Source of the DNA: Bugula neritina
Taxonomy: Eukaryota; Animalia; Bryozoa
DNA: 64,000 bases
Direction of reading: 5' to 3'
Assembly (NCBI GenBank): GCA_964035545.1
Contig: OZ037773.1
Span: 7,283,751-7,347,750, forward strand
Shown one piece after another: positions 12,873 through 25,137 of this stretch. The translations under genes and the position numbers were made by a program. Every line of letters begins with the position of its first letter. Positions within the stretch are counted from its first letter, which is position 1. The notes under the pieces are model-generated. The model had not been told where the DNA came from and made no database searches. It saw nothing but the letters and a program-made list of their open reading frames with translations.

Positions 12873-15800
12873 TAAACTAAGCAGCAGCTGTAATAAGTGT
12901 GATAATCACCTTGACTGTGCCAAACCACTGCCAGCAAAGAGGGGTCGGGTTCTTTAGGCCTTCGATAAGTTCCCATGGAGATATCTTGTACTTGTTGGAC
13001 ACTTGCAGCCCCGACTTCTTACTGATAGACTCAAATCCTTGAATCTTGTTTCCCTTGGCATCTAGAATGCTATTGTGAGATTCACAGGCTATCACTTCCA
13101 CGTAATGTTTGGGTATTGGGAGTAACTGTCGTACAAGGTTGAGGCTCTCCGATTGCTTATCACCAACGTCCTTCTATAGGAGTATCGGATATAATATGAT
13201 TACTGAATTGTGTTCAGATAAAGCACTATTGGCAAGTGGTAACCATGCCAGAGGCGTGGATGTGAAACTAAAAGGAACCACTAAACCCATTACAAAATCT
13301 AATGACCTTGTAAGATTAATAACCTTTAACCTTTAATAGATAGTTATTTGAGTCAAGGTTGTCAAATTACAATCAAAGTCAAACTCTCTCTCACAACTAT
13401 TACAAACACTAGCAAACAACAGGCCAACTTAACAACTCAAAGTAACAGCATGACGGGATAAACGTACCTTAATCTTCTTAATAAGTGTGTGATATGCTCT
13501 CTTGCTGTTTTCCACGCTGTCAGCGCTGTCAGACACCAGAGTAGAGTGAATGAGAGCTGACAGCATGTCCAGTACAGTAAAGAGTAGCTCAGAGTTGGTC
13601 TGCACATCCACTATGCCGTAACATATGAGCTTGTTTAGAGTGTAAGCCCACTCTCCAGTTACCAAGTGTGTCCTCTGTATCGTATCAAACATTCCCCCTA
13701 CCTGGAACCCAAAAACATAATTTACAGGGCTAGAGGTTATTTCAATAGTAAATCTGAGGAAACTATGCTGTTGGCTTCTAATTCATATTCAGAAAGATGA
13801 AAGTTTTAACCAGATAAATGTACAGATATCTGGAGTCATGCCAAAGATCAAAGGAAAGTCATATATTAGCTTGCATGTATTTATAAAAATAACTATTTAG
13901 ACTAAATGATGTAGTAAAGGAAAAAGTGTAGTTCTGTGGAATAACTCATAAGGAGGTGAAGAGGGTATGAAAATGTATAAGTTGGTAATAGTTTTCGAGT
14001 GACAAAATCTGCTAATACAACAATGATAAAAGTGAAACAATCAAAATGATAAGAATCCTATTTCTGATTTAATAAGTTGAAAATTATTTGCAACTTTCAC
14101 CAACTTCAGAATACTCTAGAATGTAAACACAACCCGTTGTTCTACATGAATATTGAACTATTATAAGAGCCAAGAGCTATAAGAATTCAGTTTATTATGA
14201 GCTTCTGAATGGTATATATCGTAGCAAGGTTTCAGATCGTTTCCTAGCAACAAGCTAACAATAACTTTGCAGTGACTGACCAGACTGAGGCGTAGCTGTA
14301 GCGCCTCATACATGAGTTGCTTCTGCTGAGGGTCGGTGGGTAGACTGTCCTCCACGGCACAATCTACAAACTTATCTAGCTGAGATTTAAGGGAGGAGAG
14401 CATCCCCTCCCTCTGCTCATCGTGACTCTTCAAACACGTGAGAACCAGGGCTAAGAAAGGCTGGTGGTTGAGGAGAGACATGCTGAAAGGAACAAGTGGA
14501 GCTTCTATTACTCATATGTTGACACTTTACTACTCATATGTTGACACTTCTATTACTCATATATTGACACTTCTATTACTCATAAATTGACACTTCTATT
14601 ACTCATATGCTGGCACTTCTATTACTCATATGTTGACACCTTACTACTCATATGTTGACACTTTAATACTCATATATTGACACTTCTATTACTCATATGC
14701 TGGCACTTCTATTACTCATATGTTGACACTTTACTACTCATATGTTGACACTTTAATACTCATATATTGACACTTCTATTACTCATATGTTGACACTTCT
14801 ATTACTCATACGTTGACACTTCAAATACCCATATATTGACACTTCTATTACTCATATATTGACACTTCTATTACTCATATGTTGACACTTTACTACTCAT
14901 ATGTTGACACTTCTATTACTCATATATTGACACTTCTATTCCTCATATATTGACACTTCTATTATTCATATATTGACACTTCCATTACTCATATATTGAC
15001 ACTTCAAATACCCATATATTGACACTTCAAATACCCATATATTGACACTTCTATTACTCATATATTGACACTTCATTACTCATATGTTAAAACTGGGAGG
15101 TATTTCATTGTGCATTAAGCAACAACTTAGAGCATGTATTGCCGTGATACCATCTAACTACATGTACTGCTGCACACACTACATTTCATGGCAAGTTTAC
15201 CCTAGCACCTACCTTGATCTACATTCACCGATGGTCCAGATTTCACTAAACACAAAGGTGTTTACAGTTTAATCGGAGTTTAATTTAACTGCACAACTAC
15301 CAACACTCCCTCTGTTATACTTATAAGACTTGAACTTAGCTTAAAAACAACATCCTGATTTACTAAGAAAACTAGATTACACAAGTCAAACTTTCTAAAT
15401 CTTCAATTCAACTCAACAAAATATATGTTGATGTCTGAACAAACTAGCACTCAAGAAATTACACCAGATTTCCCTGTGCCATTTTTACCAGTGAAATTCA
15501 GTCCCACCTGTTTTCTCTCTCTTTGTCTGGCTGACGCTGGTGTGACGGTGAAGAGCGGGGAGGATGCTGCCAGAGTTTGTTGGATTTCTCTAGAACCAGT
15601 GCGGCACTTTGCAGGACCCGCTCCTGTACATCGGTTGGTAACTTGGCTATAAGTGGAGCTACAAGCCACACCCCTTCCTTCTGACTGTCATGACTCCCCT
15701 CTGCCTCTGTAACACACCCACACTTCTGTAACACTTGCTCGCTCACTCACTCACTCATTCACTCACTCACTCACTCACTCACTCACTCACTCACTCATTC

Positions 15801-18800
15801 ACTCACTCACTCACTCACTCACTCACTCAACTACTCCATGACTAATTATGCATACAACTACCAACACAATCAGCTACTACCTAAAGCTAGAATATCTGTA
15901 ATACAAACCACTGCCTGTGTAGCTGTGGAATACTTCAATTGTTGCTCTGGCAATATTATCAAGAAGGATGGACAACTCCCCTTCAATATCGCTGGGATTC
16001 TGACAGGTATGCATTAACTAGAATAATGAACATGAAATATATTACGGTAGTGACAGTATAATAATATTTAACATAATGTATTACTCTGACTAGAGTATGA
16101 TGTAGTACATGTGTGATATAGTGTAATATGTGCATGTAGTATATAAGTATTCTTAATGAATATAGTATTTATGTACTCAGAGTGTAGATGTAATCACAGT
16201 GTAGATAAAGTAAGTATATTACACTAGACGTACCTGTAACTCCAGCCATGCTACCCTGATAGTCCACAAGTCTAGACTCCTCAGTATCCTAGCAATGACA
16301 GCTTGCTGCTTACTGAAGTCTATGATGTCATCCTGTTCACTCTCCGCTGTTGATCTGCGTCTGCATATTAACTGAACCAGACGCCACACCTAGAAGTGAC
16401 GAGTTAGTGGTATGAGTAGTATATGATATGATTTAGTAGTTAGTACATGATTTGAGTTAGTAGTTAGTATATGATATGATTTAGTAGTTAGTATATGATA
16501 TGATTTAGTAGTTAGTAGATGATATGATTTAGTAGTTAGTATATGATATGATTTAGTAGTTAGTATATGATATGATTTAGTAGTTAGTAGATGATATGAT
16601 TTAGTAGTTAGTATATGATGTGATTTAGTAGTTAGTATATATGTTATGAGTTAGTAGTTAGTATATGATATGATTTAGTAGTTAGTATATGATATGATTT
16701 AGTAGTTAGTATATGATATGATTTAGTAGTTAGTATATGATATGATTTAGTAGTTAGTACATGATATGATTTAGTAGTTAGTATATGATATGATTTAGTA
16801 GTTAGTATATGATATGATTTAGTAGTTAGTATATGATATGATTTAGTAGTTAGTATATGATATGATTTAGTAGTTAGTATATGATATGATTTAGTAGTTA
16901 GTATATGATATGACAAAGGTCATACAACTAGTTAAACAAGTATTAAAAACAGTTACACAAACTGTTATACAGGTACCTACTGCACAATGTAACAAAAGTT
17001 GGTGCTAAGTCATTTTAATTGGCCAGTGCGTTACCTCCATTATAACAGATAACAAACTTGAAAAATTTGCTCTCTATAAACCTGGCAGCTATAAAACATA
17101 TTGTATTGTAGTTTGATAGACACACCCCCTGAGATTCCAGACGCCTGTCCCTTAGCTGCTCTTTGTCCAGAAGAAGAAACTTCTCTCTTACCCAATCTTC
17201 ATGGCAGATGTCAGAGAGCACCTGCATAGTAGTATTTGTTACATAACTTGATGGTTGTTCAAAATGTATATACTCGTATATAAATTGCTTCAGCACACTG
17301 TCTATATTATAACACTCACCTGCTTCGCGTGTCATTCATATAACACTCACCTGTTTAGTGTGTCATCTATATAACACTCACCTGTTTAGTGTGTCATCCA
17401 TATAACACTCACCTGTTTAGTGTGTCATCCATAAAACACTCACCTGGTTTGCGTATCACGCATATAACACTCACCTGCTTCGCGTGTCATCCATATAACA
17501 CTCGCCTGTTTAGTGCACCATCGATATAACACGCACCTGTTTAGTGTGTCATCCATATAACACTCGCCTGTTTAGTGTGCCGTCCATATAACACTCACCT
17601 GTTTAGTGTGCCATCCATATAACACTCACCTGTTTAGTGTGCCATCCATATAACACTCACCTGTTTAGTGTGCCATTCATATAACACTCACCTGCTTCGC
17701 GTGTCGTCCGATAGACTCAGGCTCCTCATCGTCTTCCTCCTCGTCAGTTATGTCCTCCGCAAGAGAAGCAACAAAGTCGTGTTCTCGAGCTTTCTTTTTT
17801 GACTTGGCTGTATTGGCCAGAAGAAATATTGCCTGAAATATATGGTTAGTCATAATTGCTCCTGTGCCCCATCTGAATAAGTCTTTAGTCTGAGTTAACA
17901 AAAAACCCTTGTTATCAGGGTTTCCTCACAGGAATGGCGACTATAAACCTGCGTGAGTGAGTTATAGCGTTAGTCATGTGACAAAACTAATACAGTAGTT
18001 AACAGTTTTCTAAACAATAAATAAGATCAAGCCTAATATTATTAGATATTAGATGCTTTAAACAAAAGCTAACAGCTGAAGTACCTTTAAAACTGCCAGT
18101 AGTGGATTAATAGTTATACTTCTGTTTGCTGCAGCAAGAAGGTGAAGGTCACAGGAACTGTTTATATACTCGGACCGTTTCGATATGCCACTGTTGAGTT
18201 GCGTGTCTGCCTTGAATACTCTGAGAAGTATTTGTAAAGTTAACCTAGCTCCACTTTCTCCTCCGGGTTCCCCTGAATGCATGATATAAATAAATTAAGA
18301 AATAAATATATAAATTAACTATAACACTAAAACAAGTAAAACCTTTGCCTATAGACCATGTCAGTTTATAAGGCAGCATATTTTTTATCTGCCTCTTGCT
18401 AGTCTAGTATACACGGTATACATGAACACAACACAATATAACATGATACAACAGAATATAATAAAATACAACGCAATACAACATTACAAAATATAACAGG
18501 ATATGACACAATATAACAGGATATGACAAAATATAACAGGATATGACAAAATATAACAGGATATGACACAATATAACAGGATATAACAAGATATGACACA
18601 ATATCACAGGATATGACACAATATAACAGGATATGACACAATATGACACAATATAATAGGATATGACAGGATATGACACAAACAGAACTTACCGACAGGC
18701 CGGGAGAGTGAGAGTAGAGATACTTGCAGAAAATCATACAGACTGAAGCAGTGTCTGGCTATAAGCACAGCGCAGAAGACTGCAATGTTGTCTGACTGCT

Positions 18801-21800
18801 GAGCACTGAGATGGGATACCTGCAGTATGATACACTCAGACTATGAGTAGAGTAAACTCAGACTATGAGTAGAGTAAACTCAGACAATGAGTAAAGTAAA
18901 CTCAGACTATGAGTAGAGTAAACTCAGACTATGAGTAGAGTAAACTCAGATTATGAGTAGAGTAAACTCAGACTATGAGTAGAGTAAACTCAGACTATGA
19001 GTAGAGTAAACTCAGACTATGAGTAGAGTAAACTCAGACTATGAGTAGAGTAAACTCAGACTATGAGTAGAGTAAACTGTAGAATACACTCAGACATACA
19101 AACAGGTATTCAACTCTTAGCTAAGGAGTTAATAAAACAGAACGATAAATGTTTGTTTTCTCGGCTTTCTTAAAATTTCACACGCATTCACAAGTGAAGC
19201 CAATATCGTATCCATTATGACACTCTGCTAGTTTTGGAGAATATGAAAATACACTAAAACTACTAACACTGCCTACTTCTACGTTTAACAGTAACTACTA
19301 CTAGCAAATATGTTCTGTAACTCTAACTCATACCTTGAGTATAGCTAACAGTTCGGTATAACCACAGGAAACGGAAGAACAGCATAATGCTTTCAGCACA
19401 CCCAGCCAATCAGCTGAGAGATGACTACAATAGGCCGTGAACTCCGAACACATAAGAGCTACTTCATTCACTCTGAAAGATAACAGTAAAGATTTCCTGT
19501 TTTAATGTTATGATATAAACAAACAACAAACTGTGCACATATAAGTAAACAATAGACTGGGGGAGGAGGGTGTAGCATAAAGTAGGGGGCATAGTAAGAA
19601 TACCCAACCTGGCAGTACATTGGATGCAACTACATACAATCATTGTGATAACACACTGTTGAAAAATACCTTTTTAGTAGAATTTATTTCATGTAAATAT
19701 TATAGATAGTAAAATCTATATAGAGATGGGAGTAAGATCTATAGAAATGAGAGTAAGATCTATAAAGATGGTAGTAAAATCTATACCGCTCAAAAGTATG
19801 AAGCTGGCAGAGGTAGAGCATGATGTTATTGACAAAGCTGGTACGGTTCTCCACCATTCTTCTACTGAATATGGCGTCACATCTGAACTTGTACATGCTA
19901 TCAAACATCAACATAACACACTACAGCTATAGTTCAACACATATATCGTGATCAGCGTTGTTAAATTGAAACAATGTGAAACAATGCATTGTGATGAGTC
20001 AACATTGATAGTGGAGTCTCTAATAATTAATAGAATGAGATCCACAAAAACTGATCTTGTTACAATCATTGACAGAAACCATTGCTAGTATATAGTATGT
20101 AGATCTATAGGTTCACTAAGCAGAACTCTAAAGTCTGGAAACTCAAAACTAAGCCAACTGGTGGAAATAAAACAAATCTAAACTTCACACACCATATATC
20201 AGTGCATTACAATGCTTTCATATGCATTACAATGCTTTCATGTGTATTACAATGCTTTCATATGTATTACAATGTTTTCATATGCATTACAATGCTTTCA
20301 TATGTATTACAATGCTTTCATATGTATTACAATGCTTTCATATGTATTACAATGCTTTCATATGTATTACAATGCTTTCATATGCATTACAATGCTTTCG
20401 TGTGTATTACAATGCTTTCATATGTATTACAATACTTTCATATGTATTACAATGCTTTCATTTGTATTACAATGCTTCCATATGTATTACAATGCTTTCA
20501 TATGTATTATAATGCTTTCATATGTATTACAATGCTTTCATATGTATTACAATGCTTTCATATGTATTACAACGCTTTCATATACATGTATTACAATGCT
20601 TTCATATGTATTACAATGCTTTCATATATATTACAATGCTTTCATATATATTACAATGCTTTCTGACTTTAAACCAAACAGAAGAATCATCGTTTTTAAA
20701 ATGTTTTATCAATTTAATCAGGTTTAAATTAGGGAAGAAGTTTAAGCTAGAAGACATGGGAGAGGACTAACTTGAAGCTCGCGAATGACTCGACCATGAA
20801 TGACTTGTTCCAAGTACCAGAAGACATGGCTGGAGTCACACTAACACACAGCAGGTCTTGAATCTGTCTGGTCACCTGCTCAAACTCCGCCCATGTCTTG
20901 CTTTCCTTGAAAAGTACACCATTTAGTTGTAACCCAAACAAGCAGACGAGAAATGAGATAGATATTTTATAGAACATAAAAATAGTTTTGTTACAATGTG
21001 AAAACTAACAAAAACTTGTACAGATTACATTCATTAATTAAAAAACTTGTTATTAGTCTATTAGATTTTCACACCTATGCGGTCATAGTCCTGTATTAGA
21101 TATTATTTAATATACCAACAGCCAATTATATACCCTCTTTCATATTGATAGCCAATTGAATACTCACTCTCACGTTACGAGAAGCCTGGTAAAGTACAAA
21201 GAGAAAGAACAAGATACATCTCTGTGCTGAGCTGCATTCCGCAGTTACTCTCAGTTCCCTCACCATCTGCACCATGCTAGAATGTAGAATAGCAGATATA
21301 AGTAAACACAGTGTAATATCCTAGAATGTAGAATACTATATAAATACAGTACACACAGTGTATCATAGAATATAGAATAGCAGATTTAACTACGCCCAAG
21401 AGTTTTACATAACACACAGCTAGTTTGGAATAAATAGTGTTTATTTGTACATCACTCAACTTAGGAACAGTTAAAAGACTACAATTTGAGAAATAACTTG
21501 AAGGGGAAGCAACTTTCACACTTTAACAATATTACAAGTTATGCAGCGACAGCTATAAAAACTTTAGTCGACAGTTATAGTTGAGAGAGGAAATGAAAGC
21601 AACGACCAATAGTAGAACTGCAATAGACATACCCTTGGAAGAGGTCAAGACAAGCCTGAGGATCTAGGAGTAGAGAGGGGAGATGACAGCGAAGCACCCC
21701 TACACAGTAGACTGTGATGTGTTGAGTGTATTTCCCTACAAACATGGGCTGCTTAGTCTCCACTTCAATCTCCCTGATTCTATACTCTATAGACTGCATT

Positions 21801-24800
21801 CTCACCACCAGCTACAGCGAGTCCAACAGATGCGCTTTGTTACACATAAACACTACCAGAGGGAAAATTAAAGGAGGTACTGCGATGTAGAAACAGTTGC
21901 AGTGCTCCCTCCATTTCCCACATCTTCATTTCTCAGGAAATTCCATAGGTCATGAGAAGGGCTTTGGCTTCCATTTTGTGGGCTTATGTATGAGTGTATA
22001 GGGACAAAATGACTGAATTTACCGAATCCATAAGTTAAATCTGGTATTCTACTATGTCATGAATTTAGGTTTCGCGACCCGCAGCTTAGTGAGACACGGA
22101 GGGAGCACTGTCTAAGCAAGTTCTTTGTTACCAGAGATAAAATCACGCCAGTCACACTGATTCATTGACTGGAATAAAAGTGATATAATGAAAAGTTGAT
22201 TGAGAATGTAATGACTTCATATCCGCTCATTTCTCTATCCACTAAGAGATGACATACTTTCAAGATGTCTTAGTCTAAAGAACGTTGGAGATTAAGCAGC
22301 TGATACAAACAATGTTTTTAAATAAATACAACCTCCAATTTCTAGCAGCTAACACTAGTATATGAGGTACTGAAACCAAAGTATAAATATTTTCCCACAT
22401 TCAAGACATTAAAATTGTCTATAATATAATATTGTCTATAAAATATTATTATAAACTACAAAGTTTAGATATAAAGTCATTGTGGAGACAACTTCTTCCA
22501 CTGGATACGGTTATTCTGTCTATACACAGCATTACACCAGGCAACTCTAGAAAGTTGAATACCTTCTGACAGAACGTAATGAGAGACGTGATGTTATGTG
22601 AGCTCTCTACCAAGTCAAAGAAAAATATTATATGCTCGACAAATGGCACGTGTGTAGAGGTCTTGGAAATGAAGCATTCAAACATCTACAAGTAGACAAC
22701 CAATCTTAAAACATGGCACTGATAAGTCATTAATCACAATAGTATAGCAGTTTGTGTGTTGTGAGTTTATGCGTGTGTGCGTGCATGTGCGTGCGTGTGT
22801 GTGTGAATGTGTGTGCGCGTGTGTATTGTGCGCGTGTGTGTGTGTGCGGGTGTGTGCATGTGTGTGTGTGTGTGTGTTCGTGCGTGCGTGTGTGTGTGTG
22901 AGTAGTCTAGATACAGAAGAGATAACATAAACAATATAGTAGGCTAGTAGCACACATATATTTGAAGTATCACTCTATATAATCATACTATACTACACAC
23001 AGAGAACTAGACTCTACGCAGTACCTCTAAGATATGGTCCATAGTACTACTGGCTATAGAGTATACTACACACAGAACCAGGTTCTACCTCTAAGATGTG
23101 GTCCATAGTACTACTGGCTATAGAGTACTGGTCATAGTATGCCAGGGACTGGAAGCGTTTCAATAGTCCATCCATCTCTGCATCAGATCTCACCTTTGCT
23201 TTACCTGCACATCAATTCGGAATGATTCCAACCGCAATAATATAAACCAAAAAGAAAAAGAGTTAGAAATAAAACAAGAGGAAATAATTTGAAAAGCAGA
23301 CTTGGTATAAAATGTTGTCATAATGGAACAGTGTAACTTGACTTCCACAACTAACGCCTTCCTACACCGCTAGTCTACACATACACAACTTCCGAGCTGT
23401 GTAGTACAGCATAGAATTGTACAATTACTAGTTACACACTGCAGGGTAAAACTGCAAATAGTAGAAACTTGAGAATAATAATTTCCCAAGAGAAACGCCT
23501 CACCAGAATCTGCGACTCCGACTACGTCAATAGAACTCTTCTTACTGAACAACTTTTGCAAATCTTTCCCCACCTTCTTCAGGTACTGCTTGCTGGTTTC
23601 TCTACCTGCATACGACAGTCATACTCTGTGATGTCATACGACAGTCATACTCTGTGATGTCATACAACAGTCATACTCTATGATGTCATACAACAGTCAT
23701 ACTCTGTGATGTCATACAACAGTCATACTCTGTGATGTCATACTCTGTGATGTCATACAACAGTCATACTCTGTGATGCCATACAACAGTCATACTCTGT
23801 GATGTCATATAATAGTTATGATACAAACAAGATTATGGGATGTTATAGAGCAGATATAGTACAGAAGCAAACTTGATGAAATCCTAATGTAGATATAACT
23901 GAAAGGCTAAAAGTACGCAATGACTTTATGATGTCATAGTGTAAATGATTAGAACAAGTATTTTCATTTCGCAGCTGAAATCTTGAAGATAAACATACTT
24001 CTTAAAGTAAACACAGTAATTGGAGAGCCTTAGTAAAAGCATTACATACCATACAAAACTCGAAATTTGTAGAAACTTATCAAAAGATACTATCTGCTTA
24101 CTTCTACTAGCCACCGAGTACAAACATTAATTTCTAAACAGTCTATACATGAGAAATAAATTATACAATTCAATCACATGTAAAACTCAAAAGCAAAATT
24201 AAGACTAACCTTTGCCCACTCCAAACAGCACAACGGATCTCTGGTTACATTCGTGTACAAACTGTTCATCTTGAGGTATGGGGAAGTGTGTGAGGTACTG
24301 CAAGTGTCTTGAACCTTTGGTGTCCTACACAGAAGTTAATCTAACAGCTATAGAGTTGATTCTAACCAAGTCACCTGGTAACTAAGTAGTACTAGCATAA
24401 CACTAAACTAAGTACTACTAGCATAATACTAAACTAAGTACTACTAGCATAATACTAAACTGAGTACTACTAGTATAAATATCATCTACTGTAACATAGA
24501 GATTATACACTAGCCTGAGATTTAGCTCCGGTCTCAGTAGAGGAAGTTGCAAAGTCAGTCGCCATTTTACTCGTCTCATCTTCTGACTCCAAGATTCCCT
24601 GCAGCACCGACTAAAATATATCCAGTCATAAGTCAAGACAAAATTACGTTCCTCCATTTTATCACAAAATAAAATGATGCACAGAGTTTCACAATGTAAC
24701 AGCAGCAGCCATGATATAAAGTGGGTCAAGAATAAAGTGATACTACTCAAGAATATACAAATATAATCTGCTCAGAGAGATAGATAGATGTATGGATAGA

Positions 24801-24803
24801 TAT

Positions 24804-24836
<33 letters not shown>

Positions 24837-24867
24837 GTAGATAGATAGATAGATAGAGTAGATAGAG

Positions 24868-24911
<44 letters not shown>

Positions 24912-24925
24912 GTAGATAGATAGAG

Positions 24926-24965
<40 letters not shown>

Positions 24966-25098
24966 CAGATAGATAGATAGATAGATATATAGATAGATAG
25001 ATAGATAGATAGATACCTATAAAGAGATAGATAGATAGATAGATAGATAGACAGATAGATAGATAGATATATAGATAGATAGATAGATACCTATAAAG

Positions 25099-25137
<39 letters not shown>

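Noticed and set aside
19991-20054. Possible intronic C/D snoRNA (GTGATGA...CTGA)
   Set aside because: Antisense to the host gene, weak terminal stem, and no recognisable rRNA-complementary guide.
20202-20770. ORFs of 82-171 aa in three frames
   Set aside because: Translations of a stop-free 20-bp minisatellite antisense to a MED12 intron. The same artefact explains ORFs at 16644, 18399, 25648, 34176, 40888-41235 and 53203-53538.
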